From a virus (taxonomy: Duplodnaviria > Caudoviricetes): 38,178 nt of DNA. The notes below the pieces were generated by a model. The model was not told the DNA's origin, ran no database searches, and worked only from the letters and a program-made list of their open reading frames with translations. The stretch is taken from positions 1 through 38,178 of the IMG/VR virus record IMGVR_UViG_3300027769_000007. One strand, given 5' to 3'. Position 1 is the first letter of the stretch. Each line of letters opens with the position of its first letter. Positions 8,744-18,718 of this stretch are shown in pieces. The position numbers and the translations under genes are program-made.

Positions 8744-11170
8744 ATGACTTTTAAGCAGTTGTTTGAATCGGGGTTTAAGGATTTAGTTTGCGTTATTCCG
8801 CCGGGCGCTACTCTGAGCCAGGCCAGCAAGATTGCTCAGGATCAGATTGGCAAGATCCCAGGACGTCAAAATATGGCCGGATATTGGGGCGGCTATGACT
8901 GGAATGCTTATACCCCTACGCCCCGCGATATTGTCCAATGGGACAGCGCGCGCGCCAACATAGGCTTGAAGGCCGGCAAGTACCCGGCGATTGATATCGA
9001 TGTTACGAATGACGCATTAGCCGAGATGATTAAGGCCGAGGCGTTCCGCCATCTTGGCCCGGCGCCGGTTCGTGTCGGCCGCCACCCCAAATCCCTTTTG
9101 ATGTATCGCTCCGAAGAATCGTTCGGCAAGATGCGGATCCGGTTTGTCGATGACAACGGCGTAGAGCAACTGGTCGAAATGCTTGCCGAAGGCCAGCAGT
9201 ACGTGGTTGGCGGTATTCACCCAGCGACCCGGGAACCGTACAGTCTTGACCGCAATATTGCTGACAACGGCCCGAACGGCCTGGGACTAATTACCAAGGA
9301 AAAGGCGGAAGCCTTTTTTGCTGCCATTACCGAAACCCTGGAAACCTTGGGCTGCCAAGTTACTAAAGTGGACCACAGCGCCGACAAGGCCGTGGAACGT
9401 AAGACCGTGGAACAAACCGCGCTTCTGGCCCCCAGCATTGATCGCCTGGCCGACCTGGTTTCGGCCTTGCCGAATACCTCCGCCTTGTTCCCGGACCGCG
9501 AGGACTATCTGCTGGTTGGGTACGCCATCAAGGCTGCCGCTGGCCCGGACAATCAATTTGAGGCATTGGCCCTGTTCCAGGACTGGGCCTTGCGCTGGGA
9601 CGGTGCCGAACCGAATACCGCCGAAACGTCCGAGGCCGACTTCAACCGTATGTATCCGCCGTTCAGCGTTGGCTGGGATTATCTGCTGGAAAAGGCCGGT
9701 GCGCTTGGCGTGGTCGAAGTGGCCAAAGAGGAGTTCGTGGCCGAGGAAGCCCCCCTGGACGCCGTAGAGGCGATTCAGACCCCGGACGGTACGCTGGTAG
9801 CCCCTTGGTCCGATGTCGCCATGACGCGCCGCTGTGTGCGCGCATTTGGCAACGAGATCCGGCACGTCACCGGCCTGGGCTGGGTTATCTGGAACGGCAG
9901 CGTCTGGAGCCGCGATGATCATGGCGAATTGACCCGCCGAATCGTCCAGGTTCTGAGCGACGCCTCGGCCCAGGCGCTTAATAGCATCGACAAGCCTGAG
10001 AAAGCTGAACGCGTGGCCGGGCGAGTGGCTTCAGCCAACACGGTAGCCGCCGTGACCAAACTGCTGGTCCAGCCGGCCCTTTGTGTCCGCCCAGAGCAGA
10101 TGGACCCCAGCCATTTCCACCTGAACACCCCCGCCGGCGTGGTTGACTTATCCACAGGCCAGATGATGTCGCCAGAGGCGTCATTTTTTATGACCCGCGT
10201 AACGTCCGTTTCCCCCGACTTTACCCGTCCAGCACCGCGCTGGAAGCAGTTCTTGAAGGAAGCCACCGGCGGCGACGCCGAGTTGGAGTCCTACCTTCAG
10301 CGTCTTGCCGGCTACGCCTTGACCGGCTCAAACCGCGAACACATGGTCGCCTTCTTCTACGGCGAGGGTGGTAACGGTAAGTCGCTGTTCCTGAACTGCC
10401 TGACGGCCATCATGGGCGAGTACGCCCAAGTGGCGCCCATGGACGTATTCGTTGCATCGACCTATGACCGTCACCCCACCGACTTGGCGGGATTGGTCGG
10501 CGCGCGCCTGGTCACCGCATCCGAAACCCAAGAGGGCCGTCGCTGGGACGAAGCAAAGCTGAAAAGCCTGACCGGCGGCGATCCCATTAAAGCTAGGTTT
10601 ATGCGCCAGGACTTCTTTACGTTCACCCCGCAGTTCACGCTGCTGTTCGCCGGCAACCACGCCCCGCAACTGGCCAACGTGGACGCCGCGATGAAACGCC
10701 GTATGCACCTTGTTCCGTTCACGCACCGCCCGCCGAAGCCCGACCACGAACTGCCCGACAAACTGCGCGAGGAATACCCGCAGATCTTGGCCTGGGCGAT
10801 TGAAGGCTCGGTCATCTGGAATGCTGCTGGCTTGTCTGCCCCGGACGTAGTACTGTCGGCCACCGAAGAATATCTGGAAGGCGAGGACGCGCTGGGCCGC
10901 TGGCTTTCGGATCGTTGCGTTATGCGCGCCAATGCCACCGTATTCAGCAAGGACCTGTACCAGGACTGGATCAAGTGGTGCCAAGAAACCGGCGAGAAAG
11001 CCGGCCTTGGATACAGCCAAAAACGCTTTAGCCAAGCCCTCAAGACCCGCGGCCTTACCCTTTGGCGGGATACCGCAAGTGGACTACGCGGATTCCGTGG
11101 CATAGAATTGCTCGTTGGCGATTACGACGCGGTAACAGAATTCGCCGGCACAAACGTAGTACCCTTTTAA
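8744..11170 (+). CDS. Prim-Pol primase fused to D5/P4-type SF3 helicase
   Basis: ANIGL, AIDID, GIHP in the N-terminus; GEGGNGKS, LTGGDPIKARFM, GNHAP, RRMHLVPF in the C-terminus. Confidence 0.92.
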   Translation: MTFKQLFESGFKDLVCVIPPGATLSQASKIAQDQIGKIPGRQNMAGYWGGYDWNAYTPTPRDIVQWDSARANIGLKAGKYPAIDIDVTNDALAEMIKAEAFRHLGPAPVRVGRHPKSLLMYRSEESFGKMRIRFVDDNGVEQLVEMLAEGQQYVVGGIHPATREPYSLDRNIADNGPNGLGLITKEKAEAFFAAITETLETLGCQVTKVDHSADKAVERKTVEQTALLAPSIDRLADLVSALPNTSALFPDREDYLLVGYAIKAAAGPDNQFEALALFQDWALRWDGAEPNTAETSEADFNRMYPPFSVGWDYLLEKAGALGVVEVAKEEFVAEEAPLDAVEAIQTPDGTLVAPWSDVAMTRRCVRAFGNEIRHVTGLGWVIWNGSVWSRDDHGELTRRIVQVLSDASAQALNSIDKPEKAERVAGRVASANTVAAVTKLLVQPALCVRPEQMDPSHFHLNTPAGVVDLSTGQMMSPEASFFMTRVTSVSPDFTRPAPRWKQFLKEATGGDAELESYLQRLAGYALTGSNREHMVAFFYGEGGNGKSLFLNCLTAIMGEYAQVAPMDVFVASTYDRHPTDLAGLVGARLVTASETQEGRRWDEAKLKSLTGGDPIKARFMRQDFFTFTPQFTLLFAGNHAPQLANVDAAMKRRMHLVPFTHRPPKPDHELPDKLREEYPQILAWAIEGSVIWNAAGLSAPDVVLSATEEYLEGEDALGRWLSDRCVMRANATVFSKDLYQDWIKWCQETGEKAGLGYSQKRFSQALKTRGLTLWRDTASGLRGFRGIELLVGDYDAVTEFAGTNVVPF

Positions 11171-11179
11171 GGACTGATT

Positions 11180-12307
11180 ATGGATAGTATTTCCGAAGCC
11201 GATTTTGTAGCCGCCCTTGACGAGTTCAAGGGCAACAAAAGTCGGGTAGCCAATAAGCTGGGCATGAACCTACGTTCGGTTCAACGCCGGGTCGAGCGCA
11301 TGATTGCGCGCGGCTACGCCCCTGACTATGGCATGACCAAAGCGGTACCGCCAGGCTATTCCGTCGGCGGTGTTTCGACCTTGTACGATGACGAAGGCAA
11401 CATCAAGATTCAATGGGTCAAGTCTAAGGCCGATGAAACGCAGAAGGCGGAAGATCTTATGCGCGAGGTATTTGACGCGCTCAAGGAACAACTGCCGCGC
11501 GCAAAGCCAGTTAAGGCCCCAGAGCGCGCGCCGACAGACCTTCTAAACTGCTACGTCATCACCGACTACCACCTAGGGATGCTGTCGTGGCACGAAGAAA
11601 CCGGCGAAGATTGGGATTTGGACATCGCCGAGAACCTTTTGATCGATTGGTTCGCAACGGCCATCAAGATGGCGCCCAAGGCCGACAAGGCCATCTTCGC
11701 CCAGTTGGGTGACTTCCTACATTGGGACGGCATGGACGCAGTCACGCCGGCATCGAAACACCTTCTTGACGCCGACACGCGCTTCCAAAAGCTGGTGCGT
11801 GTTGCCATCAAGGTCGTGCGGACGGTTATTGATATGCTGCTGCGGAAATACCCGCACGTTCACATCCTGGCCGCCGAAGGCAACCACGACCCGGCGAGTT
11901 CCATCTGGCTCCGCGAGTGGCTGTGCGTTCTGTACGAAAACGAGCCGCGCGTTACGGTGGATACTTCGCCGGATCCCTACTACTGCGTTGAGCATGGCCA
12001 GACCAGCCTGTTCTTCCATCATGGCCACAAGCGCCGCCCGGCCAATGTGGATAGCGTCTTTACCGCCAAGTTCCGCGAGGTCTTTGGCCGTACCAAATAC
12101 AGTTATGCCCACATGGGCCACTTGCACCACATCGATCAGAAGGAAACCAACCTTATGGTCGTGGAACAGCACCGTACGCTGGCGGCCCCGGATGCTTATG
12201 CGTCACGTGGCGGCTGGATTAGCGGGCGCGACGCGCAAGTAATCACGTACCATGCGGAACATGGCGAAGTCGGCCGCGTCCGTATTAACTCAAGGATGGT
12301 TAAATGA
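11180..12307 (+). CDS. Calcineurin-like metallophosphoesterase with N-terminal HTH
   Basis: TDYH, GDFLH, GNHD, HHGH, GHLH; N-terminal GNKSRVANKLGMNLRSVQRR. Confidence 0.82.
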   Translation: MDSISEADFVAALDEFKGNKSRVANKLGMNLRSVQRRVERMIARGYAPDYGMTKAVPPGYSVGGVSTLYDDEGNIKIQWVKSKADETQKAEDLMREVFDALKEQLPRAKPVKAPERAPTDLLNCYVITDYHLGMLSWHEETGEDWDLDIAENLLIDWFATAIKMAPKADKAIFAQLGDFLHWDGMDAVTPASKHLLDADTRFQKLVRVAIKVVRTVIDMLLRKYPHVHILAAEGNHDPASSIWLREWLCVLYENEPRVTVDTSPDPYYCVEHGQTSLFFHHGHKRRPANVDSVFTAKFREVFGRTKYSYAHMGHLHHIDQKETNLMVVEQHRTLAAPDAYASRGGWISGRDAQVITYHAEHGEVGRVRINSRMVK

Positions 12308-12594
12308 AAATCCCAGACCGATTCAAACTCGGCGTTCATACCATTACCATCAAAAAGGGCGTCCGGTTAAAGGATGCCCACGGGGAGTGGCGCCAAGAGG
12401 AAAAGACGATATGCTTGGCCAAGCCCCGCAAGGAATGGTCTGAGCATTTCTACGCCCAGGTCTTTGCCCACGAGGTCGCGCATTGTGTCCTGGATCATAT
12501 GGGCCGGCCGGATCTGTCCGAAAACGAAGGATTTGTTGACGGCATATCCGAGGCTGTGTTACAAATAATGGCAACCCTAGAATTTAACGAGTGA
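12304..12594 (+). CDS. Small HEXXH zinc metallopeptidase-like protein
   Basis: VFAHEVAHC plus downstream E (NEGFVD). Confidence 0.65.
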   Translation: MKIPDRFKLGVHTITIKKGVRLKDAHGEWRQEEKTICLAKPRKEWSEHFYAQVFAHEVAHCVLDHMGRPDLSENEGFVDGISEAVLQIMATLEFNE

Positions 12595-12597
12595 CTT

Positions 12598-12804
12598 ATG
12601 GCTGACGACGCTGATTTGGCCCAACAGATTTCCGAGCAGATCATTGAACTGCAAACCAAGAACAGGGTAGTGACCCGCATGGAGTTCACCGGGTTTTGCT
12701 ACAACTGCGAGGAACCCGTTAAGATGGCAGCGCTGTTTTGCGATAAGGACTGCCGGGACGATTACGAACACCGGGAGCGCATGAGTTTACAGAATGGCCG
12801 ATAA
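12598..12804 (+). CDS. Small C4 zinc-finger protein (TraR/DksA-like N-terminus)
   Basis: MADDADLAQ...CYNC...FCDKDC. Confidence 0.65.
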   Translation: MADDADLAQQISEQIIELQTKNRVVTRMEFTGFCYNCEEPVKMAALFCDKDCRDDYEHRERMSLQNGR

Positions 12805-12830
12805 GCATAAACTACTTATGCAAGTACGCT

Positions 12831-12862
12831 AAAAAATAAACCCCGCCGATTGGCGGGGTTTT
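12831..12862. terminator. Bidirectional terminator between the convergent arms
   Basis: AAACCCCGCC-GATT-GGCGGGGTTT with A-tract upstream and T-tract downstream. Confidence 0.88.
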
Positions 12863-12865
12863 GCG

Positions 12866-12997
12866 TTACTTCTTTTTACTCTTACCAGCCTTGCTCAGAG
12901 CGATGGCGATGGCTTGCTTCTGGGGCTTGCCATGCTTCATCTCAAGGCGGATGTTGGACGAAATGACTTTTTTAGAACTACCTTTTTTCAGGGGCAT
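12866..12997 (-). CDS. Small basic protein (43 aa)
   Basis: [43 protein letters not shown]; hand-translated, below the ORF-track cutoff. Confidence 0.75.
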   Translation of the reverse strand: MPLKKGSSKKVISSNIRLEMKHGKPQKQAIAIALSKAGKSKKK

Positions 12998-12998
12998 A

Positions 12999-13127
12999 TT
13001 ATTTCTTCTTCATCGACTTCTTGGCGGGTTTCGTAGCCATCTTGCCGCCAATTTTTTTGGCGTATTCTTTGGCTTCCATTTTACCTTTTTCGGTATAAGG
13101 GAACTTTTTGCTGTTTACCATTGGCAT
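12999..13127 (-). CDS. Small basic protein (42 aa)
   Basis: [42 protein letters not shown]; AAGGA RBS; hand-translated. Confidence 0.72.
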   Translation of the reverse strand: MPMVNSKKFPYTEKGKMEAKEYAKKIGGKMATKPAKKSMKKK

Positions 13128-13138
13128 ATCATTTTTCC

Positions 13139-14953
13139 TTATTGATTGAGAAGACTTTGACGGCGAATAAGTTCTTTACGACGACGTTCCATTTCGGCTT
13201 TGCTGTCCTTGGCGCTCAACGCACCGCCGACAACAGCACCACCAGTTTTAGCCGCGCCAGCAACAGTAGCGGGGGCCGGCAACGCTTGGGCTAAACGTGG
13301 GCCAACAAGCGGTACTTTTGCCGCAACGCCCGGAGCGCCTTTCATAAGGTACTGAGCAACAATAGGTTGTCGGGCGGCGCGGTTTAGTCCAAGTCCGGCG
13401 GCTAATACAGTAGCAGTAAGCGGACTAAGAACCCCTAATCCACCAATACCCGCCGCGCTACCGTAAGTAAGTAATTTTTCGGCGGTTCCAATTCCTTGCG
13501 GAATAGGATTAGCCAGCGCCGGGCCAGCAACCGCAAGGTTACGCATTTCAGCGGAAGCTGGTTTTGCTTTTTTACCCATACTTCCTTGAACAATACCTGA
13601 CAATTTGCCGGGGGATACGTTTCCGCTTACATCAATTACGGATTGTACGCGCTTTACATCGGCGTAACGCTTATCAAGTTGCCGTAATTGTTTAAGTTCT
13701 TGTCGGCTTAATGATTTTTTTGCCATCCTGTCAAGTTGGGCAAGAGCAATATCCGCGTAAGGTTTAGATGCGGAATCACCACTTAACGCTTTTAATTCGC
13801 TACGAATATATTGATACTCCGTACCAGAAAGGGGTCGCGTAGTGGCAATCTGTGATATGTAGTCAAGTTGCTGTGATGCCAACCGTCCCTGTTTTCGTCC
13901 TATCGGAGTTTTGTTAATAGCGGCTTTTGCTGTATTTAACGAAACAAAATCGTTGACGTCTAATCCAATTCCTTTACCTTTCCAAAAATCGTCATAGGCT
14001 TGCCCAGCCGCCCTTCTAGCGGTTTCTGCCTCAAATCCTTGACCCGGACGAATATATGGTGTAGTAACGCCAATAGGTTTACCGGCGGCGAGATTGATTT
14101 CAGCTTGACGACGTGCGGCGGCCTTACCCGCACCACTAAAAGGAAGATTGCTTAAACCCGTATCAAGTTTATTAAAGAACGGAGTGCTAATAACATCGCG
14201 CGGCAACAACGTAATACCGGCGCGCTCGGTGGCGGCCAGTTGGTCGCGAAGGACTGGATCGGCTTGAACAGCCGCAGACCGGCCGGCGTACAGCTTGCCA
14301 AGGCCAGCACCAAGTAGTTGACCACCCGCGCCAAACGCGGCAGCGGTACCTACCTGGCCAGCTTTGCTTTCGCCCGTTCCAACCGGCTGAAGAAGCGCGG
14401 CGGTACCGCCCGCTTGAACGGCGGGGGTTAATACGTTACGCACAAGCGCGCCGGCCTTTGCGGGGGCTTGGATTAACTTCGCCGCGCCAGCAAATGGAAG
14501 AACATCCGTAACAAGTTTACCGGCAAAACCCGCGCCAGTATTTAACAGCGGTTCGGCTCCAACTTTAGCAATATCGACTTTTTTACGGTCAACGAGGCCA
14601 AGGGCTTGGCCAAGGCCGAGGGCTTGCTGTTCAATACCCGCACCGACACCGGCGCCAAAACGCTCAAGGCCACTCATGTTAGATGCACGGCCCTGGCGGG
14701 CGGCAGCAAGGATGTCGATAGCAACCGGGTCGCCGGCCTTCTCGCGCTTCAACAACATATTGCGAGTAGCGGTGAACTGGCTTTGCTCTTTCGGAGTCAA
14801 CTGCTGACCAGCAGATACTTTATTCGACAAAGCGACAAACGGGTTCTCGGCCGCCATAACGCCAAGACCTTGGCCAACCTGGGGCTTTCCGCGTACATCC
14901 GCTAAGGTGAGCGGCTTTTGATTTTGCGCTTTCAATTCATCTAACGTCGGCAT
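13139..14953 (-). CDS. Putative internal virion / DNA ejection protein
   Basis: 604 aa, Ala/Gly-rich, last large gene of the podoviral ejection cluster. Confidence 0.65.
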   Translation of the reverse strand: MPTLDELKAQNQKPLTLADVRGKPQVGQGLGVMAAENPFVALSNKVSAGQQLTPKEQSQFTATRNMLLKREKAGDPVAIDILAAARQGRASNMSGLERFGAGVGAGIEQQALGLGQALGLVDRKKVDIAKVGAEPLLNTGAGFAGKLVTDVLPFAGAAKLIQAPAKAGALVRNVLTPAVQAGGTAALLQPVGTGESKAGQVGTAAAFGAGGQLLGAGLGKLYAGRSAAVQADPVLRDQLAATERAGITLLPRDVISTPFFNKLDTGLSNLPFSGAGKAAARRQAEINLAAGKPIGVTTPYIRPGQGFEAETARRAAGQAYDDFWKGKGIGLDVNDFVSLNTAKAAINKTPIGRKQGRLASQQLDYISQIATTRPLSGTEYQYIRSELKALSGDSASKPYADIALAQLDRMAKKSLSRQELKQLRQLDKRYADVKRVQSVIDVSGNVSPGKLSGIVQGSMGKKAKPASAEMRNLAVAGPALANPIPQGIGTAEKLLTYGSAAGIGGLGVLSPLTATVLAAGLGLNRAARQPIVAQYLMKGAPGVAAKVPLVGPRLAQALPAPATVAGAAKTGGAVVGGALSAKDSKAEMERRRKELIRRQSLLNQ

Positions 14954-14955
14954 TA

Positions 14956-16584
14956 TTAAAGTTCCCGCAGATTAGGATTGGTGTCGGTACCGCCAGGGAT
15001 TACTTCGTAATTTTTTCCGCCGTAGGTAATGCGCTGACCAACTTTGTATTTCTCGCCGGCGGGGGCGGGTTTCTTTTGGCCAATGCTCGGCTTTATGCGG
15101 TTGCGCCAAAAACTTTGCTGCGCGACTTGCTTTTGCTTCGTTGTCCAGCTGTTCCACTTTTCGGGCGGGAATCCGGGGTTTTCTCGGCCGGTGAAGTCGA
15201 TGGAACCAGCAATCGACACTTGCTCCGGGTTTACGTTGCCGGCCACAAGAGTGGCCGCTTTTCTAGCATTGGCAACGCGTAGAATTTCTTGCTGAAGAGC
15301 GAGGTTTTTCCTAATTAACTCCGGCGACATATTTGGGTTAATATCGGCTCGGTTAAACGCCTCTTGTTCGTTCGCGGTAAGGCTTGCGCCGAACAGTTCA
15401 TTGCGTACCACGTTTTTATAGCGATCATACGAAGACCACCACGAAGCCGCGTTGCGAAGTTCCGGGTTAGTTATGCTGTCTGGGGCAACGCGAGTGGCGG
15501 CCATTAGCACTTCGCCACCAAAAGTTTTTCCGGCGTATTCCGGTTTGAACCCGGAGATTGCCGTTTCTACCTGGAACAGCTGCGCCGAATTTTTTTCCAA
15601 AACGGTGCTGTCTTTCGTGGTCAGCGATTTATAATCTTTTTTCGCTTCTTCGGTGGCTTGGGCTTTATCTCGCGCGATGTCGTTGCGCTCTTGCTCCAGT
15701 CGAATTTGCGCGGCTTCATATTCCGAAATTCCTTCCGGCTGGGGGGTAGTACCCGGGATAAGAGTAGCGAATTTCGGGTTAAACGAGCCGTCGGGGTTAA
15801 AGGGCTGTTCGCCCTTGTTAATTACGAATATACCTTGGTCATTTTGCTGGACCACAAATTCATTCGGGAAAGCAGTCTGAGCGTAGTTAGCGAACTTAAA
15901 CAAATCATCTTGCAGACCGGCTTGTGCCAGTTTCGGCAAGATGGCCATAACGCCTTCTTTTGTCGATATGTCGGCGCCAGAAAGAATGTTCTTGCGGGTA
16001 GTTTCAATCTGCTTGGCTTGCTCGTCGGCTTGCCGCTTGGTCAGCATATTGTATTGCTGTTGGAAACCTTCGCCAATCGGACGGTTCTGCGACAGCGCAC
16101 CGCCGACGTTCATCAGCAGTTGGCCGCGAAGCATCCGGCGCTGGTCTTTGGTCAGCGTGGTCGGGTCAATGACGCCGCCAGTAGCGGCTTGATCGAAGCG
16201 TTGGCCAAGGCGTTGGAAAAACGACGGCTGGGCTTGTGGGGCAACCGCTTGTTGCGGCGCTGGCATCGGAGCCTGAACGGTTGGCGCGGGTATAGTGCCG
16301 GAAATAGCATCAGCCGGCGCGGGGGCGAGTTCATCCGCCCTCAAACCTTGTTCGGCCATCGGCATCTGCGCCGGAATTGCGCGGCTTTGGTCGTTCCATG
16401 GAAGATTCTGCACCGCTTGCGTAATTTGAGCGTCGGTAAGTCCTAGCTGACGCGCGCCTTGAGCAAACGCTTCGTTCTGCGGATTGACGCTTTTAACGTC
16501 ATTACCGCCGCCGTACTGGTCGGTGATTTTTTGCGTCAGCAGTTGCAATGCCTTTAGTTGTTCCATCTGAGGGTTGTAGGCCAT
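14956..16584 (-). CDS. Putative internal virion / DNA ejection protein
   Basis: 542 aa, Gln/Ala-rich, position in the ejection cluster. Confidence 0.62.
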   Translation of the reverse strand: MAYNPQMEQLKALQLLTQKITDQYGGGNDVKSVNPQNEAFAQGARQLGLTDAQITQAVQNLPWNDQSRAIPAQMPMAEQGLRADELAPAPADAISGTIPAPTVQAPMPAPQQAVAPQAQPSFFQRLGQRFDQAATGGVIDPTTLTKDQRRMLRGQLLMNVGGALSQNRPIGEGFQQQYNMLTKRQADEQAKQIETTRKNILSGADISTKEGVMAILPKLAQAGLQDDLFKFANYAQTAFPNEFVVQQNDQGIFVINKGEQPFNPDGSFNPKFATLIPGTTPQPEGISEYEAAQIRLEQERNDIARDKAQATEEAKKDYKSLTTKDSTVLEKNSAQLFQVETAISGFKPEYAGKTFGGEVLMAATRVAPDSITNPELRNAASWWSSYDRYKNVVRNELFGASLTANEQEAFNRADINPNMSPELIRKNLALQQEILRVANARKAATLVAGNVNPEQVSIAGSIDFTGRENPGFPPEKWNSWTTKQKQVAQQSFWRNRIKPSIGQKKPAPAGEKYKVGQRITYGGKNYEVIPGGTDTNPNLREL

Positions 16585-16985
16585 TACAGTAGTCCGGCTT
16601 GACGTTTACGAAGATAGTCCGCGAAATCGAACTGTGCGAGTTGCGGGGTCAGGTTGGGGAGCGTGACTTGTTGCGGCATAGGGACCGGGGCAAACTCGGC
16701 GGGAGCAACGGGTTGCTGTTCGCTGCCAAGTGCGCTGCCGAGCGCAGACAGGCCAGCGCCCAATTTGCCCATGTCCATACCGCTAGATGCCGGCGAAGGC
16801 ATGGCTTGGGTGTTCGGAACAATTTTATCAACCGGGGCGTAGTTGCGCATACCGCCCATCTGGGCGTTGGCAATCATCTGATTGGACGCGCCGCTACCAG
16901 CCAGCAGACCTATATCGGTATCGTTTTGACCGGGCATCATTCCCAAGTACGGGTCTTTCTTGTTGCCGAGGAAATTAAAGTTCAT
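16584..16985 (-). CDS. Hypothetical virion-associated protein
   Basis: 133 aa, coupled on both sides, Gly/Met/Pro-rich. Confidence 0.6.
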   Translation of the reverse strand: MNFNFLGNKKDPYLGMMPGQNDTDIGLLAGSGASNQMIANAQMGGMRNYAPVDKIVPNTQAMPSPASSGMDMGKLGAGLSALGSALGSEQQPVAPAEFAPVPMPQQVTLPNLTPQLAQFDFADYLRKRQAGLL

Positions 16986-18136
16986 GCTTTTTTACCTTTC
17001 TTTTTGCTAGATACTTTGGCGTCCAGTTCTTTAACCGCTTCGACCAGAAGGCCAGTTACTTTTGAATAGTCAACGGCCATCTTGCCGTTATCCATAGTCT
17101 TAACGGCGCCCGGCATAACTTCCTCAACGTCATCCGCCATGATACCGCCAGTCGGGGTTTTGTCTTCGTCGTCCATGTAATTGTACGTGCTACCGTTCAG
17201 GAACGAAAGTTTCTTCAACGCGCCTTTCATCGGCTTGACGTTTTCTTTCATGCTCGGGTCGGAAAACATCATGGCCGTACCGGCGATTTGCGCGGCTTGG
17301 CCGAGGGTTTGTCCGAAGCTAGGAGTAGAAGTCGTCTTGGACGTGACGTTGCCAGCCAACGGCGCCAGCGCGCCAAGCGCGGCGTTTTGCAATTGGAACT
17401 TCTCAATGATAAGGTTACGCTCGGCGTCGGTGGTGGCTTGCTGGAGTTGCTGTTGCATCGAACCGACGTTGCCGAGGGCGGCGATGTCGGCTTGCGACAT
17501 GGCTTGTTGCGCCCCACCAAGTTGGCCCAACTGGCCAGCGGCTTGCAGATTGAGGCCAGCACCGGAAATGCCCGCTTGCTGGTTTGCCAGAGCCGCTTGT
17601 TGAGCAAAGCTGAGATCTTGGCCGGCAAGTTGGGCAGCGGCATTGAATCCGCCAGAGTACAAATCGGTCAACGTGCGGGCGGCGTTTTCTTGTGCGGCGC
17701 GGTTGGTTTCGGCTTCCAAAATGCCTTGACGCGAACCGCCGAAAGCTTTAGCCTGAAACGCATTTGCGGCGTTTTGGTTTTGTTGCATCAAGCGTTGGCG
17801 GTCAAGGTCGGACATCACGTTGCCGGCCACTTGCTGAAGGTAAGGGTTCATGTAGGCGCCGATGTTGGCGTTCAGGAAGGATTGACCCTGAACTTGGCCC
17901 GGCGTAAAACCAGCCACTTGCCCGGCGGTGCCAACAGCTTGATTAACCGCCCCGGCGCCAGTACCAATCGCTTCGCGCGTCATTTGCATCGCGGCCAGTT
18001 GATCGGGGGTAAAGCCGGCAATTTCACGAACGCCAAGTTGATTGGCGGCGGCTTGGCCTTGGCCATAGACATTGAGCGCCGCGTTAGTAAGGCGCTTGTC
18101 AACAGTCGATTTATTAGTTGTGGATGAACTGCCCAT
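16982..18136 (-). CDS. Putative ejection protein with C-terminal peptidase S74 (intramolecular chaperone) domain
   Basis: Gln/Ala/Gly-rich body (YMNPY, AFGGSRQ); C-terminal SDPSMKENV...GIMADDVEEVMP...VDYSKVTGLLVEAVKEL. Confidence 0.75.
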   Translation of the reverse strand: MGSSSTTNKSTVDKRLTNAALNVYGQGQAAANQLGVREIAGFTPDQLAAMQMTREAIGTGAGAVNQAVGTAGQVAGFTPGQVQGQSFLNANIGAYMNPYLQQVAGNVMSDLDRQRLMQQNQNAANAFQAKAFGGSRQGILEAETNRAAQENAARTLTDLYSGGFNAAAQLAGQDLSFAQQAALANQQAGISGAGLNLQAAGQLGQLGGAQQAMSQADIAALGNVGSMQQQLQQATTDAERNLIIEKFQLQNAALGALAPLAGNVTSKTTSTPSFGQTLGQAAQIAGTAMMFSDPSMKENVKPMKGALKKLSFLNGSTYNYMDDEDKTPTGGIMADDVEEVMPGAVKTMDNGKMAVDYSKVTGLLVEAVKELDAKVSSKKKGKKA

Positions 18137-18510
18137 CAAATATCCTTAAATAGAGTATATTGCAAAGTCGAAAAGCCGTCTTGTTGAAGGAAGCTACGTT
18201 CCCAGCCTTTACGGCCGGTAAGGGTTATCTGCTGACACCCTTGACCCTTGGCCCATTCGGTAAGTATCGGCGCAAGTCGCTTAATCTCAGTCAAGTCGCC
18301 GCCGGCCAGAAAGACATGAAACCGCTTTTTGCGTGGGAAAAGGTGGATTTCGGTAACCAGGGCCGCTTTGTCGGTAGCCCAAAGCTGCATCTCGCCGGAA
18401 AGGATTCCGTCAACAATATCTTCAAAATTGTGACTTCCGCCTGAATGCTCCAAGGCCGCCTCAATAAACGGGCGGGCGTTCTCGGCATTTTCGCGGATAA
18501 TATTGTCCAT
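18136..18510 (-). CDS. GNAT-fold acetyltransferase-like protein (position of P22 gp14 / T7 gp13)
   Basis: FLAGGDL, WAKGQGC, GRKGWER; immediately before the ejection genes. Confidence 0.65.
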   Translation of the reverse strand: MDNIIRENAENARPFIEAALEHSGGSHNFEDIVDGILSGEMQLWATDKAALVTEIHLFPRKKRFHVFLAGGDLTEIKRLAPILTEWAKGQGCQQITLTGRKGWERSFLQQDGFSTLQYTLFKDI

Positions 18511-18511
18511 A

Positions 18512-18718
18512 TTATAGCGCAGTTGTGCCTAATACGCCTGAATTGTCAACGGTTAATTTATAGCGGGTGCCGTTCGGGGACGTCATAATGATGGCCGTAG
18601 CACCGAGTTCTAAATTCTCGTTTTTCTTGTGGCTGCGTTTCAGTTCACGTTCGACTTCGGCACTCTTGGATTCCTCGAAACGAGTATCGTAACGGGCTGG
18701 CGGACGGGGCAACTTCAT
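18512..18718 (-). CDS. Small tail-associated protein
   Basis: SPNGTRYKLTVDNSGVL motif; follows the gp10-like gene. Confidence 0.6.
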   Translation of the reverse strand: MKLPRPPARYDTRFEESKSAEVERELKRSHKKNENLELGATAIIMTSPNGTRYKLTVDNSGVLGTTAL

